Notes under the pieces: generated by a model
What the model was told of the DNA's origin: nothing
The model's input: the letters and a program-made list of their open reading frames with translations, nothing else
The model's database searches: none
Made by a program: the position numbers and the translations under genes
DNA from: Asterias rubens
Taxonomy: Eukaryota
NCBI RefSeq assembly: GCF_902459465.1
Contig: NW_022985697.1
Coordinates: 372,001-436,000 of the forward strand
Direction of reading: 5' to 3'
DNA length: 64,000 bases
Part shown: piece after piece, positions 12,067 to 24,163 of the stretch
Layout of the letters: every line of letters starts with the position of its first letter
Position numbering within the stretch: position 1 is the stretch's first letter

Positions 12067-12195
12067 TAGCCCACCTTGTTGAGCTGTAATGGCTCCGCTT
12101 TTAACATCGGTCTCATCACTGTCACCAGTGTAATGGTGACAGTGATGAGACCGATGTTAAAACCGGAGCCATTAACAGCTCAACAAGGTGGGCTA
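12067..12195. mobile_element. 129-bp foldback MITE with a 9-bp target duplication
   Basis: 61/62-bp arms (1 mismatch, 1 indel) and a 6-nt loop GTGTAA; termini TAGCCC/GGGCTA. The direct repeat GCTTCAGTG lies at 12058-12066 and 12196-12204. Confidence 0.85.
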
Positions 12196-12272
12196 GCTTC
12201 AGTGTTGGATTAAAAACTCTACTCTTCGGGATAAGATCATGGATTTTTTAACATGATCATTTCATAGACAGA

Positions 12273-12401
12273 TGCTCCTACTACTAGAACTATGACTGAG
12301 GTTCGTTCTGCTATCGTCTCCAATAACGTTCTGTTCCGCTATCGTCTCCATGAACGTTTGTGGAGACGATAGCGGAACGAACCTCATAGTTCTAGGAGCT
12401 A
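12273..12401. mobile_element. Second 129-bp foldback MITE with a 9-bp target duplication
   Basis: Arms T(A)GCTCC..CTAGAACTATG..GAGGTTCGTTC.GCTATCGTCTCCA / TGGAGACGATAGCGGAACGAACCTCATAGTTCTAGGAGCTA. The direct repeat ATAGACAGA lies at 12264-12272 and 12402-12410. Confidence 0.8.
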
Positions 12402-12917
12402 ATAGACAGATAGAGGTTGACAGAGTAAGAAAGGATCAATAATGGTCAATAAATTAATAATAACATTAAATAAAAATAATGATCATAAAATATATTTCGT
12501 AAATTTGTGTACTCGCAAATGACTTGTGTGGACAGTGCAAACAGCAGGTGGCGCAGGAATTCAGTTACTGGACCAAGAATGCAGCAACTTATGGACATTA
12601 TCTGGCCACAGGAATTCAGTTGGGGAAACAACAGCCTCGCTTTTGACAGTACAGACTTGATCGATGATTGACACAAATATTGATTCAAATCAAAAATCGG
12701 CCAAGGCTCTTTTGGCAGTGCCAGCAGTAGTGACAGTGTTGGGGCATTTAGTTACGATAACGGGAGGGTTACGCTTTCGTAACTGTGAGGCATTGAGCTT
12801 TTTCAGTCAGTGATCCAGCTAAAGCTGTCAATACGGACAGACTGTGTAACAAATTTTGCTCCGAAATGTATCCCATAATATTACAGGGCGCCCTCTGACG
12901 CTGAATGGCTTTACACA

Positions 12918-13200
12918 TAATAATAATAAAGACATTTTGTAAAGCGCCTTTGCAAAAAACCTTGGTGCATAAAGAGAACAATAAAATCCACAATGAGTGA
13001 AAGATACAATTTCAATAAGCAGCTTCAAACAAATGAGATTTTAACAGAGGCTTAAAACTATTGTGAGAACTAGCCTGGCGAATATGCACAGGCAGACTAT
13101 TCCAAACAAACGGTGCGGCGTAAGAAAATGATCTGTGGCCACAAAAAATAGAAGAAGCTCTTGATGATCGTAAAGTCCGAGTAGGGGAGACAACAGAAGT
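12918..13200 (-). mobile_element. 3' end of an L2/CR1-group LINE (ORF2 C-terminal remnant plus (ATT)n tail)
   Basis: The minus strand translates PTRTLRSS...GHRSFSYAAPFVWNSLPVHIRQASSHNSFKPLLKSHLFEAAY* (stop 13012-13014), the typical L2 ORF2 C-terminus. It is followed by GCGCTTTACAAAATGTCTTTATTATTATT. Confidence 0.8.
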
Positions 13201-13320
13201 ATTTCTTTTAGAAAGGATTGTTTATATTACGTAGGGTACATCAATATTTTATTTGTTTCATGGTTTTATGTACATTATCTTTCATCCTCAATCAAATGTT
13301 TCCTTACTTTTTGGACAGGT

Positions 13321-16300
13321 ATGGCTGCTCGGAAGACAAACAGTTTTCTGTTCAACAGAATTCTGTCCAATTTTCCAAAAGATATGACGATGGCCTTTGC
13401 CTATGGGTCGGGTGTCTTCAAACAGATTGGCAACAAAGACAAGGTTGAAAATTCATCCACAAATCTATTTTTGCAAGACTATAATTGGCCATATGGAAAG
13501 ACCAGCTTGGACCAATTTATTTTAAAATGGTTGATTTTGTGCTTAGGCCTAGTCTGTCATTTCCATTTCAAAGCTCTACTAACCATAGTCGCTGGAAAAT
13601 GCATGCTAACATGTCGGCGCTTACTGCAAAGCAAATTAAAAGGAAACAACAGAGAATGATTTGTTTGTCTGGCATATTATTATATTGGGCTTACTTTGAA
13701 TGCAGAGCCCTAGCAAGTTAAGCACAAATGATTTTGTCTGGTCCTAAATACTGTTTGCCTTGAGTTTGATGGTACTTCAGACAAACATATCTCTCCAGGG
13801 AGTTGGTTCTGGTGATAGCATATATATTAGGTTTTATAACCTTTGTGTATTTAATTATTTCAGAAAAAATAAAAGCACATCTCATTTGCCAGTTCAAGTC
13901 TGTCTCACCAGTGTGTACAATGAGTAAGAATCTTTGTATACACAGTTTTGTTTGTAGAATGGACGCAAAGTAATGACTCGAACACGGTGATAGATTGCAA
14001 CAACTTTGTTTTACAAATCTATGTTCTTATATACACACTTCTGAACCACTCAACTGAAACACTCTTACGTCATGCATCTTAGGCCAAAGACAAACAGGAT
14101 CATATTTGTCTAATCACAGTATATAGGATAACATTAACGTTCGTTGTAACATTAACGTTCGTTTTGTATTCATACAGAACAACATGATTGATTTTGTCTT
14201 TGTCGTGGACAAACCCAAGCACTGGCATCGTATGAATCTACAGAGAAACCCCGATCACTACTCGGCTTTAAGACACCTCGGGGCAGAGAGGATCGTCAAG
14301 ATCCAGGAAACGGGAGCTGGAGTTTACTATAACACACTGGTTAGGTGTGAAGATAAGGTGAGACGGCAATCAGGTAGAAATGTTGGAAGCACATTAATAA
14401 TAATAAGTAATAATGATAGTGGCTTTTATACAGCGCATATCTGTCACTCAGTGATGATAATTTTATTTCATTTTACAAATTGGATGTGATTCACAATGAC
14501 ATGCAAGGTATGTGGGACTACGTTTGAAATAGGAGACCTACTCCTTTTAAATAGCACAATGTAATGGTTTTACAAGGTGCTGTGGTGCAATATGCTGCTG
14601 ATCAAACTAGCAACACCGGGGCAAACCCCTTCTCTTTTCGATAACTGCACTGGGTTCTTTTACATGCATAACACAACACATAGGACCTACGGCTTTACGT
14701 CCCATCCAAAGGACAAAGCAATCATGGTTTAGTGTCTTGCTTAAGGACACAGGTGTCACGACTGGGGATTCGAACTCACACTCTGCTGATCAGAAACACT
14801 AGAGCTCGAGTCCAATGCTCTTAACCGATAGGCCATGACAAGCTTTCTCAAGCCAAGTAGGCCCCTCAAAACTGCCTAACATTACTACACCCTGTTCATT
14901 GGGCCGTAAGCATTCCTGAACTCATCTCAACTCCTTAGGAGTATGCAGCACCAGCAGCCGAATGAGCAGTTGGATTTTGAGTTGTTCACATCAACAACCT
15001 CTACCCTCACAGGTACCCATTTACTCCTGAATGATGAGAAGCAATTACAGTGCAGTCCCTAGGCCTGGTTCACCCATGTATTCATTGGCTGATAATCTAA
15101 ATTTTTGTTGAAAGCATAAACTATTTGAGTGTTTTCGTAGCTCAATGCATGGAAGACACTCTGATGACTCGATGACAAGATCATTCATCCATACATACAT
15201 ACATTGGCTTATATGACCCGAATGTCTGTGCAAAGCATCAACTATTTCTCTAGCTCATTGAAACATTGGCCTCTGCTGTATACTACATAGGAGACCTCCA
15301 TGACACTGGTGTTGCCATTGATAAACTTCTTAAAACCCAACTCTTTAACCTACAGCTCATCAAGTACGGTGTCGTCAGTCAATCGACCTTGAGTCATGAC
15401 CTGGTTCATTGGGACACTCTCTACCTCAGCGGACGACTCCATAAACCGGTAAGATACTGAATATTATAATATTATATCTTACATAGCGCCGGTATACACA
15501 AAAGTGCTCATGGCGCTTGCTTTAAATACAAAAATTCCCTCTTGGTTGTCCTCCAGCGGTGCAAAGATCAAGAAAAATGAAACAAATCCATCGTTTATGA
15601 AATGTTACTGAAATGTTCATCAAAACGATGAGTCTTCAGGGTTGTTTTGAAAGTGTCTATTGTCTGGATGGCTCTGATTGCATATGGGAATACCGTTCCA
15701 CACGTTCCCTGCAGCTATTTGGAATGAACAGGGTTTCCATGAATTATTTCCAGCATGTTCCACAAGATGGAGCTTGTCAGCAGCAGAGCGTTAGACGATC
15801 ACGTGCTGGTACATATGGCTGGATGAGATCACGGATGTAGGATGGTGATTTACCATAGTTTGTCTTAAATTTACTTAGAAGGGAATTCATGCAGTTCCCC
15901 CCCCCCCCCTCAAAAAAGGGTGGCCACCAACATTACGGGCTAGATAGCTGAAAAGCTAGAGAGCTGGCATGCTAATTAGGAGGTTAAAGGTTCAAAATCA
16001 ATCTCAACCATTTTTATATAATTTTTGTTTAGTACTTGTTAAGTAATGTAACCTTTTAGTTATGAACTTCTGTTTAGGTACACATTATTAAAAGAAGCAG
16101 TAGTGACCGACTGTACAACGCAATACGCAGAAACCTTCAGAGCGCCCTCTACGCCAGCTTGCTGCAGCTTCCAGAGTCCTTCACTGAGGAGGAGTTATTC
16201 AACAAGATTGCTGGCTTGTCATATGGGGGTATGTTAATCAATGGGCTATAGACATGTCTCCTGACTTACCAGGATCTACGCAATGATTTATAGTGACAAC

Positions 16301-19242
16301 AGGTTTTTTTTTGCAACAGGTCAATAGCACACACACAGGATTGATCTTTTGTGGCACTGATGGTTCGGTTGACTCTGTGCTCCCCCACCCTACCCCCTTC
16401 CTTGGTCTCCCCTCTATAGTCAAACCTCGAAAGGTTTGCTTGGGTTTAACTTTTCCTTATTTTCCGTGTTTTGTCTCCAGTCATTAGTAAAACAGAAAAA
16501 AAGGGGGGGGAATATTTGGTGCTAGGGAGGGGATTCAGATTCCTTTAGCCCAGAGTCCCTTAGTTGTTTAGCCCCAGGGCTTGAGTTCCTGAGCCCCCCA
16601 AGCGCCAGGGCATTGAGGCACCAAAGCCCAAGAGCCCCCCAATCCATCCCACCTTGGGTGCACCACAATAATAATAATAATAATAATAAGACTTGTAATG
16701 CGTACATATCCACCCTGCTGGGTGTTCAAGGCACAGAAGATTATTTTGATAATCACAAAAGAGCATCGCTTCTAGGAATTACAAAGCAACCCTGGCAACC
16801 TCACTGATTGCCATGTTGTCATTTTCGCAGGTGATTTCCGAATGATCTTTGGCGAAGATAAGAATAAAGTGGGGAATATTGTCCAGGCAAACCTTGATGG
16901 ATTCCGGACATACTACCAGGACATGCTGAATACTACAGAGCATATCTACTGGAATCCACTAACAAGAACCATTGAGGTAAAACATCACTAATCTCAATAA
17001 CATTATCCAACATTTATAACATATTCATATCCACTAGGCCTGGGCGACTAGTAAAATTTACTACTTGACTAGTCGCAACCTCAAATAGTCGCGGCTATGA
17101 CACTAGTCGCGGCTATGACACTAGCCGCGGCTATGACACTAGTCGCTGCTAATTTTTAATTCTCAAGATGCATTGTTGCAATGTTTGCCGCAGGCACAAT
17201 ATAGGAATGTTTTTCAACTCCAAAACTACGCCCACATGTTCAGCCAGTACATACAATAAAGGCATCTGTGGGGTCATGCACAAATGTTCATATATACAGT
17301 CGAAGTTTAGAGCCTCAAGACCTGTGGTATAGTGGAAAGTCTGCAGTTTCAAGCCCTTCCATACAAAAACTTAACACTATTGATCAGGCCTGGAATTTCA
17401 TCTTTGAAAGGGCAAGGCCATTTTGATTTTGCAAAGGGCACTTCCATTGGAAAATATTGAAGTCTATGGAAAACTGTTGAAGGGGCACCAAGGCCAAGGG
17501 CCTGCATGTAACTTCACACCCGATTGATATAATGAATACATTGCATTTTTCTATTGCAGCAAGACAGGAGTCCTGCTTGTATGTACTCCCACCTGAACTG
17601 TCTACCAAGAAACCTACAGTTACACATCGCACGATTGGCTGGAAGTGCGACACATGATGTAGGGGAGGTACTCACAAGAATAGCGCGGGAGAAACAGTGC
17701 ACAGACTTTGTTGCTAGAGGTAAAAGGATTCATTCAAAATACAGAAAAAAAAGTTCCATAAAAACAACTAAATGAAACATTGATGGTTTTCTTTTTCTTA
17801 AAAGTAGTTGCTAAAAACTGTTTTTGTTCTCATTTGTTTGTGTAGCTGCAAGAAATATTGTACGGAGTTCAAGCATCACCCAGAGTGTAAAGGGTATACT
17901 GACAGCAGGTAAGCGTGTGTCAACTAAGCAGCATACATTTATGTGTACAGGGCCTGATGTTATAGATTATTTGTAAGCAGCAAACACTGCTAAGCAGAAC
18001 AAAAGCGGGATTCCAGTCATAAATGGTACATGTGGAATGCTATTTTTGCTGGTAACCTTATTCTGCTAAGCATGTTGTTGTTATTGCTGAAGGAAAAAGA
18101 ATCGGGACACCGGTCATAAATGGTACTAGTGGAATGATATTTTGGCTGGTAACCTTTTCTGCTAAGCATTGTTATTATGCTTTGCTACTTTTGTGCTCTT
18201 TGAAATTGGGCCCAGGACAGAAAAGTTCTGATAGTAAAAACAAAGGAGCCATTAAAAGTGCATTATGCTGCAACCTGCCGGCCTGAAGATATCCGTGGTG
18301 GAGAAGGAATGCCAATTTTAGATATGGGAGGGAAAACCAATTTCACATGCAAGGCTCTGGTCCAAAGCGGGATTGGAACTGTGGTCCACTGAAATGAAAG
18401 ACAGGGAAATATATCACTAAACCAATCTGTGTATTTAGTCAGCACAAGTGTATTTCAGAATCAAGTGTATTTCATAGTCAAGATTGGATGTGAACGTTTA
18501 CAATGGATTTCCCATGTTTGCATAATTTATCTGCTAACTACATGTACAGCCAGTAAGTTAGCCTGCCTTTTGCTTTCTTTGCTTATCAATAATGAAAATA
18601 GAACTTCTGCATGTGACACAGAGAGCTGTCTTATTGATCAAAGTATATCTTCACATCCAATGCCATTGCTAGGCAGTTGCATTATCTGCGGTACAATAAG
18701 ACACTCCATAGAGAGGGTTACTCTGTTTTGGGTCAACAAAGAAAAATTGCCTAGAGCGGGATTTCATCCTCGGACCACCAGATTGATAGGCCAGTGCTCT
18801 ACCAACTGAGCTGTCTTGCATTAATGTTGGCGGTCTCCCAAGTTTTGTCTTAATCTTTGTTCACCAGTCAGATTCAGCCTTGTACAGATGCATTGAACCC
18901 TTGCACGGGCGTCACACTCGTCGACTGTGCCACGCTCACCATGTTGGTGGGCACATGGTTTACGTGTAAACGCAAAGTCGCCTAAAATGCGGCCCTTCAC
19001 TGAATAATGTACAGTGCCATTGCCCACCAGTATGGCGCATCCAAGATTATTTTGATGATGACATCAGGTGAATTGGGTCAATAGCCAGGGATCACACCAG
19101 GTTACAATACTAGGAGGTGGCCAAAATCTTATCCTCTGACAAAAATTTGAAATTTGTTTTTCTTTCAGGCCTAGCCAAAACAACCAAATACAGCTTGCAG
19201 AAACTCAGAAAGATGTGGCGAGGAGGACTATTGCCAAGGTGA
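13321..19242 (+). CDS. TAMM41: Mitochondrial phosphatidate cytidylyltransferase (Tam41/Mmp37 family), 329 aa, 8 coding exons
   Basis: Exons 13321-13443, 14178-14357, 15356-15448, 16078-16228, 16831-16976, 17560-17719, 17846-17908, 19169-19242; all GT-AG, 990 nt. Motifs AFAYGSGVFKQ, MIDFVFVVD, GAGVYYN, IKYGV, LYLSGRLHKPV, GLSYGGDFRM and GEDKNKV are recognisably TAMM41. Confidence 0.96.
14392..14837 (-). mobile_element. tRNA-derived SINE (family B), near full length
   Basis: The minus strand has an A-box (TGGCCTATCGG), a B-box (GAGTTCGAATCC), a central GTGTCCTTAAGCAAGACACT domain and an (ATT)n-like tail. Confidence 0.8.
14885..15175 (-). mobile_element. SINE fragment (family A)
   Basis: AATGGGTACCTGTGAGGGTAGAGG...GCATACTCC body shared with 24671-25035, 48155-48365 and 54278-54565. 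Confidence 0.6.
17086..17146. repeat. 18-bp minisatellite, ~3.4 copies
   Basis: Unit TAGTCGCGGCTATGACAC. Confidence 0.85.
18891..19083. mobile_element. ~190-bp MITE with TATTGACCC termini
   Basis: Homologous to 48694-48884 and 59602-59794; ends ...GATGACATCAGGTGAATTGGGTCAATA. Confidence 0.7.
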
Positions 19243-19585
19243 CAGTGGACAGGTTAAAGGTCACGTGGGTGATCTTACTTTCCTTGTAAAGATCTCAGGT
19301 TGAAATGTGCATTAATTTCTTCTAAGAGATAAATATAAAGATATAAGCATTTATTATCCACCGTTTATCTAATGTATAATACCCTATATGTATTCCAAGT
19401 CGCAGCATATAAAATACAACAATAGAGAAATATACAAAGATACAAATCATCAAGTGGCCGAATATATACACATTATGGGATATGTTTACTATCACTAACT
19501 ACACAGGGATCACTCCAGTTCATTCCCATCAAAGAGACACTCAAAGGGAATATAAAAGAACTCTGTTGGGAAATTCTAAAGACCT

Positions 19586-19834
19586 GGGCCCAATTTCATG
19601 GCTCTGCTTACCGCCGAATTCTGCGCTTACGATCACGAATCCCTGCTTATGTGCAAGCGCCGAATTTCTGCGCTAGCCTTGTAAGCGTAGAATCCCTAGT
19701 AACGCGGAGTACGCACGCGCAGAAGTAAAAGTTCGCCGCTAATCCGTGAAAAACGCTTGCGTAAGCACATAATTCCCTGCTTCCGTAAGCGCCGATTCTG
19801 TGCTTACGGTAAGCAGAGCCATGGAATTGGGCCC
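19586..19834. mobile_element. MITE with GGGCCC termini (PIF/Harbinger-like)
   Basis: TIRs GGGCCCAATTTCATGGCTCTGCTTACCG / CGGTAAGCAGAGCCATGGAATTGGGCCC. Partial relatives lie near 18215, 22160, 49620-49698, 54020 and 56590. Confidence 0.8.
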
Positions 19835-20191
19835 AGGGTGCACCACAAGGAATGTTGTGTACAAAGTCGTTGGGAAAATCTTAAGAACAGGGACAATGAA
19901 AAGAACAAAAGATGTCTCCACAGGGATGCAAGAAAGGGAATGTGTGGACGAGTGAATGTGAATCCTCTTCTAGGAAAATTTCCTTTAATGAACTCGCCGA
20001 TCAGAAGCTATTGGTGGCGCACTACATGTATGTTTTGAATCCTGTGTTGAGAACTTTTAGTTTAGTGTTTACTTGTTCAGAAGGTAGTGAGGATGCCACA
20101 GTTAAGAAATCTTAACTTAATTTCAAACTTTCAATGATTAAGAGTTGTTCGCAAATAACTGGCTACTTATTCGTTTGTACATTTAATTTAA

Positions 20192-20606
20192 AGACACTGG
20201 ACACTATTGGTAATTGTCAAAGACCAGTCTTCTCACTTGGTGTATCTCAACATATGCATAAAATAACAAACCTGTGAAAATTTGAGCTCAATCGGTCATC
20301 GAAGTTGCGAGATAATAATGAAAGAAAAAACACCCTTGTCACACGAAGTTGTGTGCATTTAGATGCTTAATTTCGAGACCTCAAATTCTTAATCTGAGAT
20401 CTCGAAATCAAATTTGTGGAAAATTACTTCTTTCTCGAAAACTATCAAATTTGTGGAAAATTACTTCTTTCTCGAAAACTATGTCACTTCAGAGGGAGCT
20501 GTTTCTCACAATGGTTTATACCATCAACCTCTCCCCATTACTCATTACCAAGTAAGGTTTTATGCTAATAACTATTTTGAGTAGATACCAATAGTGTCCA
20601 CTGCCT
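20192..20606. mobile_element. Kolobok-like MITE family 1, full length, with an internal tandem duplication
   Basis: TTAA flanks on both sides; TCAAATTTGTGGAAAATTACTTCTTTCTCGAAAACTA is duplicated at ~20407-20482. Confidence 0.85.
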
Positions 20607-21967
20607 TTAAATACCACATTACCATTTTCATTTGCCAAAAATGTCTACATCACCTGGCATTTACAAACTAAATTCTGTACCTTATACAGTTTGAGAGTAC
20701 GGAGGCAATGTTGAAAACCATGATAGCAGCAATTAACAAACTAGGCCATCATAAAAAGTAATTTTGGATCACAAAACAAAGCACGATTGACTACTAATCA
20801 AAGTTCAGTAAATGTCAACTTAAACTAATGAGTTAACTTTTTTCACGCATTTGCCTTATTTATGGGTCATATGACATTAAAGCGCCATAATAGACCCCTT
20901 GAATATATCACATCACAAGGCAACGCCATAGAATTAGAACCCAGAGACTGCTGAGCGCGACCGTGTGTCGTCCGTGGACGCAGCTTATCGCACCACGTGA
21001 CACGTGAGTATGGCAAAATATTCATCACGTGAGCACACATGTACGTATGAGGCACTGTGGGAAAACATGTTTGTATGGAAGTTTGAGTTGGACAACACTT
21101 TTTCCAAAACTCTGATTACTAAAAGATAATCTGACATAAAAGCGTTCTTTGTGCTTTGTTTATGACGGTACTTTTTAGTAGATCACAGATACCACCTTGA
21201 TGAAAAAATTGTTAAATTTCTGGCTCGAAAATGCTCGAAGAAAAAACATAGACAATCCAGACATTGTTTATGTGTACTGGTACTAAGGTTTGACAGTTGC
21301 AAACTTGCACATAACATCAGCGTTATAACAGGAGATACAACATCTGGGGCGATATTAAATTAAATCCAAATTCTTCATCCCATTTGTGCTCATTTGACAA
21401 ATGTTTTTATCAAATGTATCAACAAAATATTTCATTCATTTTTCATACATATATATAAATATAGTTATAAATGTTTAATTTTTAAACGTACAAAAATTAA
21501 GAACTTGAATTTTCATCGGCATGCATGACGTTATTCAATACCACTTCTACTTCTCACTACTTTGTTTTCACATCACTATTAAGGGTTGGGTTTGTCACAA
21601 ACTTTCAAAGATGGTTTTAGTTGCTTATCTGCCAGTGAAAATACCAGCCCAAGTGAATTTGCTTTTGTTACTACGGAATGTTGTGGTACTAGCTGTGCTT
21701 CAGCAGCAGACAGGACTATTTTAAAGCCTAAGGATTTAGACTAAAGAGGAAATGAAATGAAAAGACACAAATTCTAAGCACCTTTTTAACTTTGGGGCCT
21801 TGTAATCCAATACATACCTGGCAACTTTGGGGAATCAAAAAGAGTATTCAAGCAAAATAATGAGATACTTACAAAAAGTATGCACACTAAATGTACACCC
21901 TAATGTCCCATGGTGTATTTATAACAATTGCATCTGATGCCAAATATTAGAGACATACATGAACGTC

Positions 21968-22037
21968 CATACATGTACGTGCATACATGTACGTGCATAC
22001 ATGTACGTGCATACATGTACGTGCATACATGTACGTG
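21968..22037. repeat. 14-bp minisatellite, 5 copies
   Basis: (CATACATGTACGTG)5. Confidence 0.9.
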
Positions 22038-24163
22038 ACATGCAATTATTGTGAATGTTCATGAAAACTTCATGTAGTCTAAAGGGCGTTAACGATAGCA
22101 ACACATTCCCTAAAGTAAATACCTATTAGCCTGCTGCTGCTGCTTTCAAGTTAATGCTGGGCCCAATTTCAAGAGCTGCTAAGCATAAATATTTGTATAG
22201 CATGAAATTTCTGCCTTGATGAAAACATAATAACAGGATCACCAGCCAAATTTTCACTTGATTTTCAGGATGAGCATTCAACAGCTGAATGCCAGTAGCA
22301 AGCAATATGCAATAAATGGAAATTTAGGCAGTGTCCAAGTTTGGCTAGATCCCCATGACCTCAGCAATAACCTCAGCATTGACCTCAGCAATGACCTCAG
22401 TCGTGACCTTATACATTGAAGTGGCTCTCAGGCTGATTGGGTTTCTAGGAATATGTCTGTAAGTGTCAGTAGCAATAATACTCAAGTATAACGACCAATC
22501 CATTGGACACAACAGATGCCCTTGTTGGACTGTGCGCAAAGTTGACCCCCTTTTGCCTCAGGCAGGATTTGGTTTTGCTTGTATGAACATGACAAACGTT
22601 TGTGCTCTATGGAACCACTTATAAGAACACAAAACTCCTTGACCGATACCAATTTTTCTCTGAGTTTCACAATTCCTAGCCATGTATATACCCCCTGCAC
22701 TGATGTCTCACCCCAAACTGCATATAGTTAGCTAATTAACAAGGTCAAAGAAGAATGAGAGGGGGACCAGTTGCCCAAGACTTAATGCCTCTTTTGCTGG
22801 CTACCGGCTTCTTGAGCCCGTGTGTAGAATGGATCCACCACAGGACTACAGCATAAATCAGCCCATTTAAGATTAACCTATACCTGGGTTTATGAGAAAA
22901 CAAGGCATGCTAGAAAGGGGGAAAAAAGTCGCGGCAACTTGATCATCCCTGAAAAAGAGATTTGCCTCGTCAATCCACTTGTCAGCCAGCACCCCCCATC
23001 ACCTCTCTCTCTCCGATTATAAAATATTGTATACATTTTGTTTTACATTCTATTCTATTTCTCTTCACATCTACATTTTGACTAACCGTCTTTGTAAATG
23101 TCTATCAACATTTCAAAGAAAAAAAATTACAGCATTTGTTTTAATAGATGTTAAATATGCATCGGGATCAAGCATATAGCATTTGTTTGATAACCATGGA
23201 AACATGCATCTTATTAGGAGGTTCTTGTTGATGTTGAGAGGGTGGTATTGTGGTACCTCTATAGGAAGTGGATCTCTCAAGGATAAATAAGTATTTTTTT
23301 ACCAATTGAGACAAATTTGAAAAGAAAACAGTTTTATGGTTTTACGCTTTGAGCCTAGCAAGGCCATTAACTATATATTGCATTTAAATCATCTTTTTGG
23401 TTGGTCCAGCAGTTTGCAACAGTTAAATATTTTTGTTTAACTGAGAACAAAATATGATTTAGTTCCGTGAATGCCAATAATGGGTTGAAATGGAGATGAA
23501 GAAGAAACGTTTGCTTCCAAGGAAAACCCCATATGGGGAAAACCCAAACAATCAGTTAGGGACCAAAAACTCAACCAACATGCTTTAAGATTAAGATTTC
23601 TGCGTTAAGATTGTAACCATAGTGAGGGTTCGATCCGTCGTCATGACACTGGCATGTCTTAGAGAAAGGCACTTAACCATTATTGCTTCTCTTACCCCAG
23701 GTGTGTGAATGGTAACCTGAGCGGTCTGATATGGCATTGTGTTGAAACCCCTTAGCAGCTTGGGGGATGTAGGTGAGATGGGGGGGGGGGGGGAGATTTT
23801 AGCCATTTTTTTTACATATATGGACATATGGACTCAACCACTCTGTGGGATAGTGGTGGGGGTTTTTTTGTGGGGGGGGGGTGGCTCAACTCTCCCGCAT
23901 CTCCCCTATACTTCCCGGGAGTTTAGAACATTCCAAGGTCATCATAATTAATTGCACTACCCTGAGGACAAACAAATTTCCAAAACAGAAAAACATCTTA
24001 AGAAGTTATTGATCCAAAACAACACCTCAAAATTTATAGGCTGGTCCCCCTACTTTAGTATGTCACAATCCCTATTACTAGACGAATGTATAAAACGCCA
24101 GTGTTACCATGGTAACTGATGATGCTAATTTATAAGAAATCTATAGTCAAGGCTGTTTATCTG

